Shown piece by piece: positions 1 to 10,408 of a DNA stretch of 64,000 nt; positions within the stretch are counted from its first letter, which is position 1, and the number at the start of each line of letters is the position of its first letter. Below the pieces are notes generated by a model. That model saw only the letters and a list, made by a program, of their open reading frames with translations. It was not told the origin of the DNA and made no database searches. The DNA lies in contig CBFFRQ010000013.1 in the NCBI GenBank assembly GCA_965644315.1, positions 919,775 through 983,774 of the forward strand, written 5' to 3'. This DNA comes from Caecitellus pseudoparvulus (lineage: Eukaryota; Protista; Bigyra: Bicosoecida). The translations under genes and the position numbers were made by a program.

Positions 1-2838
1 CACGTACAGCCGCTCCCGCCAGCGCACATCTGGGTTGCTCAGCAGTTTGCGCTGGGCAGAGTTGGCCCACTGCCGCCCCAGCACTGCCCGCAGCACCTGC
101 ATGGACGCTGCGAAGACGGGCCGAACTGTGCCGTCGCCTGACCCAGCCACGATGGGGGTGACTCCATCCTCCCCAGGCGCCAGCAGCTCCGGCCCAGCGG
201 CGCCGCGGACCACCTCTCTCCCCTCCACGACGAAGATGCGCCAGTGGCGATCCACCACCTGCCAAGCTGTGAGGATGTCCAGATCACCGGCATGGACGGC
301 AGCCGTCTCCTCCGGCGCCAGCTCCACGGCAGCCAGACGCTCCACCTGTACACCTGCGATTCCAGGTCGTGCTGCACTGGCAGTCTGCGCCATGACTTCC
401 CGCGCCGCAGCCTCTGCAGCCGCTGCAGCAGCGGCAGCCGCCTTCTCATCGTCTCGCGGACTTCGCTGTTTGCGCCCACTCCGCTTGCCCTTGCCACGGG
501 GAGATGCCCGAGCGGAGGTGGCAGCTGCAGCGGCGGCCGCGGCGGCCTTGGCTGCTTGTTCGTGCGTCAGGTGTGCTGTCATGCGTGCAGTATTCAGGGA
601 CTGCAGCAGTGCGTTGACTTGCCGCAGAGCGGAGTCATCCTGGTACCGAGTCACCAGAACACAGCGCCCGACGGTGTTCGTGTTGGAGCCAGTGGCCGCG
701 GCGGCTCCCGTGACGCCCGCCTCGAGGGGCCGAGCCAGGCTGAACGACACAACGGTGCGGCAGCCCACTGCCGTGTATGCCGCCGTATCACGCGCCAGAG
801 CCTGGGCGGGGCTAAGGCCAGGCGCGTCTTCCCCCCCCCTAGGCACTGCCGTTCGCCTGCGCGGCAGCATGTCCACACTGGCAGACAGCGAGATGCAGCT
901 CGGTGCCTCCGTCGCCGTGGCTGCGTCAGTCTCCGCTGGCTGAGCCACCGTCCCTGCGCCTGCATCTGGTGCCGCAGCCACCCCCCCCCGGGAGTGGAAC
1001 TGAGACAACCGCCGCTGGGCTGCCGCCTGCTGCTGCTGTTGCTGCGCTGCCGTGTCCAGGGACGCCCGCTGCGCAGCTCCCTGAGCCACGGCTGCCGTGA
1101 GTGCTCTGTGCGCAGCTGCTGAGGAGTCGAGCAGGCCCTCACACCTCAGCCGTGCAATACCGTGGGGGTGGCAGGCGCTGGAGAGGGCAGCATCGCTGAG
1201 CACTTCCCAGGCGGCGGCGGCATCCACACGAGCAAGGGCGGCCCACGGCGCAGTGACTCCGGGCGGTGGGGGAGTCGGCACTGGCGCTGACTCGGGCAGG
1301 GCAGCGGGGTGACTCGGGGCTGAGTCAGCGCCCTGGTCCTGGACAAGGTGACTCAGCAGAGCGCCCAGCCTGGCTGCTGTGGCTGGCCAAGCACATGCGC
1401 CCAGCTGCCCAGTGCCTGACACATCCACAGCCCCCACTGCGCCCGCTGCTGCCTGGTCAGCGTCGGCCGGGTCTTGAGGAATGCTTTCCAGTTCGGCGGG
1501 GTCTGGGCGGCGCGGGGCGGGGAGTGGCCCCGCCCCCTCATCCAACGCGGCCTGCGCTGCATCCCGGTCGTGCAAGCGCAGGGTGAGGGGGTGGGTGAGA
1601 AGAGCTTCCCTCACGGAGTCAGCGGGGGCGGTGCCCAGCAGCACCGTTGTGCGGTGACTCCAGGCGATGCGAGGGAAGGCGGTGAGTGACTCCCGCGAGT
1701 CTGCCACCTCCCCAGCCTGTCCATGCGCCTCCGCCTCATCGTCTGAGCTGTCACTGTCGTCCGCGGCGGCGGCTGTGAAGGGCGTGCTGCCGACCAGGGC
1801 AGCTGGGTCGGCAGGTGTGACACGCGATGTGAGCTCGCTCCACTGCACACGGGGCGTGAGGATGAGCCTGTCCAGCTCCGGCAATGCAGCGCCAAAGAGA
1901 CGCCCAACGAGGCGAGGCGCTTGACACACGCTTGCTGTGTGGCTGTAGCGATTTGGACAAAGAAAGGCCCGGACCTGGCCTGGCGTCGGCTGGCTCAGGG
2001 TGGTACCCGGGAGGTGGTGTGTCGCTGCCACGGTCAGCGTGAGAGGGTTCAGCTCCTCGCGGAGTGCCGGGGGCAGTAAGGGGTCGCCAACGCACTGCAC
2101 GCTGATGACGCAGGTGCTGAGGGCGCTGGGGGGCGTGTACAAGTACGCGCCAGTGGGCAGTCCCAGGTCCGGTAGGGTCAGCGGCGCTTGAGGGGGGGCG
2201 GTGTCATCCTCAGCTGACGCAGGGGGCGTGCCCTTGCGCCCACTTTTGCGGGGCGGCGTGGCCGATCTCAGGTCGGGCGCGGGGGGCGATAGAAGGTTTG
2301 CATGTGGAGCTCGCCCGCATGCGACCACCACAGGAGGCGACGTGCCGTCGAGCAGGGGGGAGACATCCAGGGGGCAGAACCACTGGTAGTGGTCCTGTGG
2401 GACTTCTGCCTCGCCCTGAGCCTGCCCGCTCCCAGCCCCACTGCCTGCCTGCCCGGCAAACACGACGCAGTGCGGCGCCCGAGCCAGGGCCACGGCAGTC
2501 GCTGCATCTCGTGGCAGCGCCAGCGGCGGCGACGACCACCGCTTGATGCGGGGAACGTACGGCACATCGCCATCTACATGTGCATGACCAGCCTTGGACC
2601 CCTTGCCACCGCCCTTGCCGCTCTTCTTGCTGCGTGCAGGGGCGCCCTGGCCTGCGTCGGTTTCTTCATGTGCATCGGCAACCACGTCCCGCCACGCCTC
2701 AGCGTCGTTCAAGGGGGGCGTCGCCCACGGCAAGCCAGTGGGGAAGCAGCCACGAAAGTACGTGTTTTCTGCCCCAGCATCGTCAGGGACGACGGTGATG
2801 CAGATGCGCACCTCTGCGGGTTCCTGCGCCTCGGCCAT
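1..2838 (-). CDS. CFAP92: CFAP92/KIAA1257-like cilia- and flagella-associated protein, 3' end runs out of the window
   Basis: Absent from the ORF track, apparently because there is no stop before base 1. Manual translation from ATG 2838 (MAEAQEPAEVRIC...) is in the same frame as ...LLPPALREELNPLTLTVAATHHLP..., ...LDILTAWQVVDRHWRIFVVEG... and ...KLLSNPDVRWRERLY, which resemble recalled CFAP92 motifs (LNPL.I.I, LD.LTGF..lDg....fi.EG, F..RLY). The plus-strand ORFs here look like antisense shadows. Confidence 0.7.
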   Translation of the reverse strand, partial: MAEAQEPAEVRICITVVPDDAGAENTYFRGCFPTGLPWATPPLNDAEAWRDVVADAHEETDAGQGAPARSKKSGKGGGKGSKAGHAHVDGDVPYVPRIKRWSSPPLALPRDAATAVALARAPHCVVFAGQAGSGAGSGQAQGEAEVPQDHYQWFCPLDVSPLLDGTSPPVVVACGRAPHANLLSPPAPDLRSATPPRKSGRKGTPPASAEDDTAPPQAPLTLPDLGLPTGAYLYTPPSALSTCVISVQCVGDPLLPPALREELNPLTLTVAATHHLPGTTLSQPTPGQVRAFLCPNRYSHTASVCQAPRLVGRLFGAALPELDRLILTPRVQWSELTSRVTPADPAALVGSTPFTAAAADDSDSSDDEAEAHGQAGEVADSRESLTAFPRIAWSHRTTVLLGTAPADSVREALLTHPLTLRLHDRDAAQAALDEGAGPLPAPRRPDPAELESIPQDPADADQAAAGAVGAVDVSGTGQLGACAWPATAARLGALLSHLVQDQGADSAPSHPAALPESAPVPTPPPPGVTAPWAALARVDAAAAWEVLSDAALSSACHPHGIARLRCEGLLDSSAAAHRALTAAVAQGAAQRASLDTAAQQQQQQAAAQRRLSQFHSRGGVAAAPDAGAGTVAQPAETDAATATEAPSCISLSASVDMLPRRRTAVPRGGEDAPGLSPAQALARDTAAYTAVGCRTVVSFSLARPLEAGVTGAAAATGSNTNTVGRCVLVTRYQDDSALRQVNALLQSLNTARMTAHLTHEQAAKAAAAAAAAATSARASPRGKGKRSGRKQRSPRDDEKAAAAAAAAAEAAAREVMAQTASAARPGIAGVQVERLAAVELAPEETAAVHAGDLDILTAWQVVDRHWRIFVVEGREVVRGAAGPELLAPGEDGVTPIVAGSGDGTVRPVFAASMQVLRAVLGRQWANSAQRKLLSNPDVRWRERLYV

Positions 2839-3027
2839 GTTGCCCAAGCGATTTCCGCACTGGCCAGGCTTGCAGGTGCAAGCCCAGGCAGCGCGACACG
2901 TCGGCAGCACCCCAAGCAGTGCCAACAATAGTACCAATATTATGTAGAAACGTGGCGGGTTTCACCAGGCGCCTGATTTGCTGGGCGCGTGGCGATGCCA
3001 GCGTACATTGCGGACCCACTGGCTCCC

Positions 3028-4313
3028 TCACACAGCCACGGTGGCAGCAGCAGGGGGCACGAAGCCCGGCAGGCCCTCGCCCGCCCGGGCGACGGGGGAC
3101 ACCGTGGGCGGTGCGGTGAACTGGTCGTCTGTGGGGAAGTCCCGCACCTCCGCCTGGGCCTGGGCGACGATGTCGCGGGCCAGCATGTCGATGGCGATCT
3201 TGTTGTCCCGGGCGCGGGGGATGATGAAGTCGGCATGGCGCATGGACGGCGCCACGAACGTCTCGAAGCCCGGCTTGACGAAGGTCTGGTACTGGTGCAG
3301 GACAGACTCCACGTCGCGCTTGCGCTCGACGATGTCGCGGCGCAGGCGCCTGGCCAGGCAGACGTCCAGGTCCTCCATGGTGAACATGGTGACGTCACAC
3401 TGGGACCTGGGGCGGGCGCGGCGACGGAGGGGGGGCTGCAGCACGCCGTGGCGAGAAGCGGCGTGGAGTGGCGCTGCACGCACCTCACGGCATCCACATG
3501 CAGCGTGAAAATGCCGTCCACGATGACGACGTGGGCACGCTCGATGCGCTTGGTCTCTTTCAAACGCTTGTGTGTGGAGAAGTCGTACATGGGCACGTCC
3601 ACTGGCTCGCCATTCTGTGAGGAGGGGGAGCAGGCGTGTTCAGTGTGGCTGTAGACGCAGTGTTTCGAGAGCAAATTCCGCAGCCAAGCAGCCCCCTGAA
3701 CAAGGCCCCCCAGACGCCTCACCTTCATCATGGCCAGGTGCTGCGCCAGCAGCTGGTGGTCAATGGCATCTGGGACGTCAAAGTTCCACTTGGTGGCGTC
3801 TGCGCCCTTGGGCAGCGTGATGTAGTAGCTGTCGGCAGACATGGACACGACGATGCAGGTCGGGCCCATGCGCTTCTTGATGAGGTTGGCGATGGAGGTC
3901 TTCCCGGAGCCCGACGCGCCGCCCACGCCCACGACGATGCAGCTGGAGCCCTCCAGAGACGTGCGGCGGTGCCTGAAGTACTGGTTCCGCACCACCACAT
4001 TGCGCTTGTCCTCGGGGTCGGCGGGGGAGCTGGACCGCGCCGAGGCATCCCCTGCGCCAGCCACCGCCGCAGCCAGCTCTTTGGAGCCAGCTGTGGAGGA
4101 GGCACTGCCTGTCCGCTGCGTAGTGGGGGCGCTGGCGTCGCCCAGCCCTCCAGCAGGGGCAGCAGCCTTGGACGTTGCGCTGTGAAGCGCCATGCCAGCA
4201 GCGAAGGCCAGCCCGCCCACCACCACCGCGCCAGCAGCAGCTGCCCAGAGCGGGACAGAGGGCGGCGCCTGCGTCGCAGGGCCAGGGGTCGCGGTGGTGC
4301 TGGTGGAGGCCAT
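3028..4313 (-). CDS. udk: Uridine/cytidine kinase with N-terminal hydrophobic anchor, 3 exons
   Basis: P-loop VGVGGASGSGKTS, then D.YY, NFDVPDAID, VPMYDFSTH.R, VVIVDGIF, RRLRRDIVER.RD and FV.PS..HAD.IIP. Predicted GT-AG introns at about 3722-3615 and 3483-3407 join ORFs 2940..4535 and 3028..3483. Confidence 0.9.
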
Positions 4314-4721
4314 GTTGGTGATGGCGTGCGCCAGTGGCAGCTTGCGAGGTGTGGCGAGTGCAAGGGGCAGTGGGGGGCTGCAGTGAACCTGTGGGCAGGC
4401 AAGATTGGTGTGTGGTGGATTTTGTTCAAGGCAGGGGCGTTTCAAATGCTGCCTGGTATTGACGGAGGCTCGACTGGTTGTGGTCGAGGGGGGGTGGCGT
4501 TTGTGTGAGAGGGGGGGAGTGGCCCGAGTTGGCACCCTGCGCCACGTAAATCACTGCGTTAGTCGTAAAGTGAAGCGAGGCAGTGGGTGAGGTACCCATC
4601 TACACGACAAGGAAGTGCTGGGAACTGGCGCAACCTGCCTGGCCCGCGAGTGTAGGCGTTCTGGAGCCTGGCCTGGTGTTGTGCGGGTCAATTTCCGCCC
4701 AGCCTGGCCGCTCCCTGCACC

Positions 4722-7700
4722 ATGGCAGAGGTCGGCAAGCGCATTGCGGAATCGTGAGTCGGCGCGGCGAGCTATGCAGGCTGTGTGCAAGTAAAGCGCA
4801 GCGGCCTGCACTCTCTGAGCGTTGTGCATGCACAGGGGAGACCGCCGCTTCGTGGTGCGCGGCATCTACGATGCCGAGGCAGATGCACGGCTGGGTTTCC
4901 AGGCCTCCCAGACCTTCGACACTGCAGCGGAAGGCAAGGCGTGGTACAAGGACGTCCAGTGCTCGACGAATCCCTCCTTTCCCTCCTGCAAGCACCTGTA
5001 CACGACGGCATGTGACTGGCGCCAGGTGCAGGAACTGTTGCTGAACCCGCTCGCTCGCCTTCGCGAGGTGCTGCCTGTGCGCCCGCCGCCAGAGCACGGC
5101 GTGACGGACAACAGGTTCCTGGCAGAGCAAGGCATCACACGGGAACTGTCCTCGCGCCTGGACCTGCCCATTCACGCGGCCACCAACGAGGCGTCCACCC
5201 TGCACACGCTGCGGTATCTGTTTCACCACATGCGCTGCGGCATCTTCGTCGCCATTCGCCGGGGCGCCTTGGCCATGTTCGTGCCGTTTGTGAACCGGGA
5301 GTACACGAACACGTGGGGGGGGCAGCTGGAGTTGGAGGGCGGCGCGACAGTGGAGGGGTACTACGAGCGCAAGAACGCAGAGCAGAAGTGGCCCGAGCGA
5401 CCCATCCCCGACAAGAACAGGTGGTGGGCCAACGGCAACATCATGTGCAATGTGGAGAGCCCCAACTTCTGGGGCGACTCCTACCTCGGCCAGCTGCGCC
5501 ACATGCTGGAGGCCACCTGTGCCGCGCACGAGGTGCCAGACGTGGAGTTCTTCATCAACAAGCGGGATTTTCCTCAGCTCAAGGCGAACTTGACGGAGCC
5601 GTACGACTTCCTCTTCAACGCGCCAGACCAGCCCCTGCCTCGGGAAAAATACCCCACGTATGCCCCCATCGCATCTTTCTTTGTGTCCTCTGACGGCTCC
5701 TTCGCCGACATTCCGCTCGTGTGCACAGACGACTGGGAAACTGCCACCGGCCTGGTGTTCCCGCCCTCCTTCAAAGACCTGCGGTCCAAGGCCAACCGCG
5801 GCAAGCACGTCATGCCATGGGCACAACGCAGTGCCACTGCCGTGTTCCGCGGCAACTCCACAGGCCCCGGTGTGGCGCCCCAAACCAACCAGCGCCTTCT
5901 CCTAGCTGCACTCAGCGCCGCCTGGGCCAAGGACCCCCGGTACAACGAGCGCAACCCAGTGGACGGCGAGGCGTACTTGGATGCAGGCGTGGTGGGGTAC
6001 AACATGCGTGACCGCAAGCTGCTGGGCCACCCCATGACGTACTTGAAGCCCCGCAGCCTGGGCATCCCCCGTGTGCCGCGTGTGCCCATGTACGAACAGA
6101 GCAGCTTCAAGTACCAGCTGTACGTGGACGGCCACTGCGCAGCCATGCGGTACCTGTCCATGATTCCCCTGGGCGGTGTCATCCTGCGTGTGGCCAGCAT
6201 GGTGCAAGCAGACGCCATCTGGTACTGGCCGCTGCTGAAGCCGTACGACATCCATGCCGACCAGCCCGACCCCCATGGCGACCACATCCCAGTGAAGGCA
6301 GACCTGTCAGACCTCGCACAGATCATCACCTGGTGCAAACAACACGACGCCGAGTGCCAGGCCATCGCAGCCAACGCAGCTGCCCTGTACGACAGGCTGG
6401 TGAACGAGGCGGGGCAGATGGAGTACACCGCCTTGATGCTGCATGAGATGGCGGCGCGGTTCCGGTCGCGCCACGTCGCATCCAGCGACGCCACGCGCGC
6501 GGCAGTGGACGCAGATGTCGCTGGTGCTGACCACCCCGCCAATGCGACGGTGCCGCGCAAGGCTGTGCCGGATGAGGTGGTGCAGCCCTGGCGAGTGCTG
6601 CAGCTGGTGGAGCCGACGCAGGTGTTCCCGCCCGTGTTCAACACAGCAGGTCGCAGGCTGCGACCCATGTTCAAGACACGTCGCAGGTGGACCGCAGCGC
6701 CCAGCTTCAAGCAGCGGGATGTGCTGGCAGCGGCGCTGGCTGAGGAGGAGGAGGGGGGGGAGGTGCCCACTCCCGCTGTGGACACGCCACACCCTGAGGA
6801 AGGCATTGGCGTCCAGGAGGACATGCCCGAGGTGCAGGGGGGGGAAGTGGCTATCCTGGACGCGGGGCACTCAGCCACACTTCGCGCCCCTCTGGGTCCG
6901 GCACCCCTGTGGCCTGCCGGTGCGGAGCAGGCACCGCCCATGCAAGCGCCAGTGCGCTGCTCGCTGTGGGGTGTGCACGGGTACGACTGGTTCGGGGAGG
7001 ACAACGCCGAGTACACTGCGTGCGAAGCCAGTGTCGCTGTCCCGCCCGTGCCGGCCCCCTTGGCCAATCCCGGTGCCACCCCCACCCCCACCCCCAAGGC
7101 TGCCAAGGCTGCCGCTTCAGCTCCTGTTCCGCCCTCAGACACTGTCCTGTCCTTGGACGTCCTGGGCCCCGCTGGCGCACGGTATGCCTCCTTGGTGCCC
7201 TCCTCGGCCAGGGCCAGCGCCGGGTCAGGGGGGGGTGCTGCCCTGCCCCCCCTGTCCAAGGACATGCACCTGGGCAGTGGGCGTGCGCTGCATGAGGTGC
7301 AGGCACAGAAACGCAAGGCACTTCTGGCCCGGCTGCAGAAGGAGAAGGCAGGTGCAGGAGGGCGCAACACAGGCCTCATTGCCGCGATGAAAGCTCGCAC
7401 TGCGTCAGCCGTGGCTGCGCGAGAGGCGCGTGAGCGGGAGGCAGCAGCCCTTGCCCCTACCGCTGCCAGCAGGACTGGCGGCCGTCAGGTTGGCGGTGCG
7501 AAGCGGCAACGGGGTGGTGGCGGCCGGGCGCAGGGAAGGCGTGCTCGGGCAGCTGGCGGGCGACAGGGTGGCGCTGCTGTGGGTGCGGACTTCATTGCAG
7601 GGGAGGAGGACAGTGGGGAGGAGGAGGAGGAGGCTAGTGACGTGGAGAGCTTGTTGGAGAGCGATGTGGAGGAGGAGGGGGACAGCGACGAGGACGAGAG

Positions 7701-8073
7701 CCTGGCAGACAGCGACGAGGAGGAGGGGGATGACTCGGACGGCGACGGCTTGGAGGGGGATGAGGACGACTCAGCCTCAGACACGCCCGCTGCCAAGAAG
7801 CCACGGCGGGGCACGCTGGCAGATGTCGCGTTGACGTTCGGCGGGCAGGTGACGAATGGCGACGAATCGTCCTCCGAATCGGACACGTCTGACGGCGCCG
7901 CGGCGCTGGCTGCAGCAGACGCATCCGCTGACGCCGCGCTGGCAGCAGGGGCAGCGAAAGCGGTGGCCTCTGTGCAAGGCATGGGCAAGACGCTGGAAGC
8001 TGCTGCGGCCGAGATGCAGGAGGCCGAGGGCGGGGAGTACGACATTGAAGAGGAGGGTTTCTTGGAGTTTTGA
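4722..8073 (+). CDS. Glycosyltransferase family 90 (CAP10/KDELC-like) with long acidic low-complexity C-terminus
   Basis: FFINKRDFP, AVFRGNSTG, FKYQLYVDGHCAAMRY and DHIPVKADLSDL...I.WCK.HD..C..IA.NA motifs. A short first exon (ATG 4722, intron 4754-4835 GTGAGT..CACAG) splices in frame to ORF 4822..8073. Confidence 0.85.
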
Positions 8074-10206
8074 TCAGGCCTCCTTGACCAGTTTCAGCAG
8101 GGGCAGCGCTGCGGGGCCCAGCGTGCCCAGTCCTTGCATGGCCAGGGCGGACACGCGAGCGCGAATGTCGGAGTGCACGTGTGCCACCAGTGCTGCACAG
8201 GAGACAGATGCGAATGCCGGTTGGTGGCAGCAGTGCTGAGCCAGGCCAGTAGCATCGTTGCAGCCAGACCAGGCCAGGAAAGCGTCCCGCAAGGCCAGCA
8301 TGCAACGGGCCGCATGCAGCGCAGCCTGCACGCTGTGGCCAGGCTGCAGCCCTTCCCGCGCAATGCACAGCACCTCCTCCGTGCAAGACTCGGCACAGTC
8401 GGGAGGCAGCAGCGCTCTCCACGCTGCCAGGGTGTGCGCTGCGGCCGCCGTGCGCTGTTCGCTGGCGTGTTCAGCGGAAACACTGCGTGAGTGCTTGCGG
8501 TGCCACAGCAGTGGCGTGCCGATGTTTCCGACGGCTGCAGGGGCCTCAGGGGGATCTGCACTGAAAGACAACTTGCGCAGCCACAGCGCATAGTCCTCTG
8601 CATGCCCGTCAGCGGCTCTGTACGGCGTGTCGCCCCACCACTCCCGCGTCGCAACGAGGGTTGGGTGCACGAGGCTGCACTGCCACAGCATGCGCCAAGC
8701 CAGCAACACCGGGTGGCACGGCTGTCGAGACACCACAAAGTCCCCGGGCTCTGGGCAGGGCGCCACCACGTCAGAGGAGCTGGCATCAAAGAGTGCCGCA
8801 GCGGCGCCACAGGCTTGCAGGCCGTTCCCGCGCATGTGCAGGATTGTGCTGCTCAGGCGATGTGGAACACAGACGTCGTCGGCATCCATGCGTGCAATGT
8901 ACTCGGCGTGTGGGCGGCAGACAGCCAGGCCCCTGTTTAGCGCCACAGCAACGCCGCATTGCTGGTCCAGGTGGAGCAGGGTGCAGCGTGCGTTGCTGGC
9001 GGTTTGAGAAGCGCTGTCATGATGCAGAGGCCCCCACAGGTCCTCTGCTGCCTTGCATAGAACCTCCCACGTGTCATCGCTACTGCCGTCGTCGACAACG
9101 ACGGTGTGCGTGTCCAGGTCCAATTGAGCGCCGCTACTCTGTGCAGCGATGCTGCCCAGCGCAGCCACCACAGTGTCTGCTGCGTTGTGCGTGGGCATGA
9201 CGATGTCCACGGCACAAGGCGGCACGGTGGAGCCTTCTGGTGCAGGTTCCTTTGATTCCAGCTCGAATAATCCAATGTGCACGGAGGAAAAGTGGTGTCC
9301 AGCGTAGCTTGCTGCGTTGAGCCGACTTGGGCCACCTGCCAGCTGCAACAGGCCCTCTGCACTTGTGCAGGGCGCGCCCTCGGCGTCCGATTCAAAGACG
9401 GCATTGGAAAAGTGATCTTGTACTCGATTTACCGTGATGCAGGTGCAACAAGGGGCTACTGGGCATGCCATGAGTGGTGTGCGGTCAGGTGGAGTGTCTT
9501 GCGGCAAAAGTGCTGCAATGCCCTCGCCGCGGCACACGCGAGCACCTGCGGCCTCCAGCAAGTTCGGGTGAGACAAGGGGTTCGTGTCACCGCTTTCGCC
9601 AGCGACGCTCGCGAGGATCCTCTCCACAGCGCCCGCCCTGAGGGCTGTCGCACACAACTCAAACGGGTACCGCCAGTCCCCGCTGCCTGCCTGCGCCGTT
9701 TGAAGGGGCCCTGTGCAGAAGCTGGCGGGCACCGACTGGCGATGGCGCAGGGACAGCTTGGGCACAGAGCAAACTGCATCAGGGGGGTGTGCATACTCGA
9801 CGCTGGGGTGCAGCTTGAAGTGGAAGCAGGCAACAGCTGGGTTGGACAGCGCGGCATGGGCTGCCGACCAGGCAAAGGCGGCATGAAAGCACACATCGTC
9901 CACAAAGAAAGCAAGGACGGGCACGCGCGAGGCAATGTCAGCGACGGTGCTCTTCAGGATGTCAGCGAAGGCTCCGCCGGGTGTGGCAGCCTCGGGCTTG
10001 GCCTTCACGTGTGGTCCGGCTCGCTTGAATTCCGCAGCATACCCCGCCTCGAAGGCCTCAGTGCTGGCGGTGAAGATGACGTGTGTCTGGATGGGCCCGT
10101 CCACCGCATACTCATCCATGCTGGCCAGCAACTGCCCCAGCTGCCATGGGCGGTCTTTAGAAAAGACGATGGCTTCGCACTGGAGCACCTGCGCTGCAGC
10201 CGCCAT
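8074..10206 (-). CDS. Two-domain glycosyltransferase: N-terminal FSKDRP-type GT-like domain plus GT2 domain
   Basis: GT2 motifs DIVMPTHNA, VVVDDGSSDDT, GVAVALNRGL, YIARMDADD, HPT and EDYALWLR. N-terminal IVFSKDRPWQL..LL.S, FFVDD and W.YPFEL. Likely start MAAAAQ at 10206; the ORF extension beyond it overlaps the next gene. Confidence 0.85.
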   Translation of the reverse strand: MAAAAQVLQCEAIVFSKDRPWQLGQLLASMDEYAVDGPIQTHVIFTASTEAFEAGYAAEFKRAGPHVKAKPEAATPGGAFADILKSTVADIASRVPVLAFFVDDVCFHAAFAWSAAHAALSNPAVACFHFKLHPSVEYAHPPDAVCSVPKLSLRHRQSVPASFCTGPLQTAQAGSGDWRYPFELCATALRAGAVERILASVAGESGDTNPLSHPNLLEAAGARVCRGEGIAALLPQDTPPDRTPLMACPVAPCCTCITVNRVQDHFSNAVFESDAEGAPCTSAEGLLQLAGGPSRLNAASYAGHHFSSVHIGLFELESKEPAPEGSTVPPCAVDIVMPTHNAADTVVAALGSIAAQSSGAQLDLDTHTVVVDDGSSDDTWEVLCKAAEDLWGPLHHDSASQTASNARCTLLHLDQQCGVAVALNRGLAVCRPHAEYIARMDADDVCVPHRLSSTILHMRGNGLQACGAAAALFDASSSDVVAPCPEPGDFVVSRQPCHPVLLAWRMLWQCSLVHPTLVATREWWGDTPYRAADGHAEDYALWLRKLSFSADPPEAPAAVGNIGTPLLWHRKHSRSVSAEHASEQRTAAAAHTLAAWRALLPPDCAESCTEEVLCIAREGLQPGHSVQAALHAARCMLALRDAFLAWSGCNDATGLAQHCCHQPAFASVSCAALVAHVHSDIRARVSALAMQGLGTLGPAALPLLKLVKEA

Positions 10207-10408
10207 TTGCTGCAGCCTGGCGCTGGACAGCGGTGGATAAATCCAACTGCAACGCACAAAGTGCAAAGAGCAAACCTGCTGCAACCCGCATGCCGGGAGT
10301 GCCTGCCCTGTCCACCATAGCAGGTGTCTGTGGAGTGTTGGACATGGTGCGATTGTCCGAGCAAAGCGCCTGGCTGCCTGCAATTTCCGCACCCCCCTCG
10401 CTCTGTGC

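Noticed and set aside
35-2931. Plus-strand ORFs 35..943, 244..1122 and 2302..2931, and many similar long overlapping ORFs elsewhere (5574..7400, 21975..23417, 39062..40534)
   Set aside because: Antisense or off-frame shadows of motif-supported genes; high GC suppresses stop codons.
7600-7780. GAG/GAC-rich tract as a satellite
   Set aside because: It encodes the acidic tail of the GT90 protein in frame.
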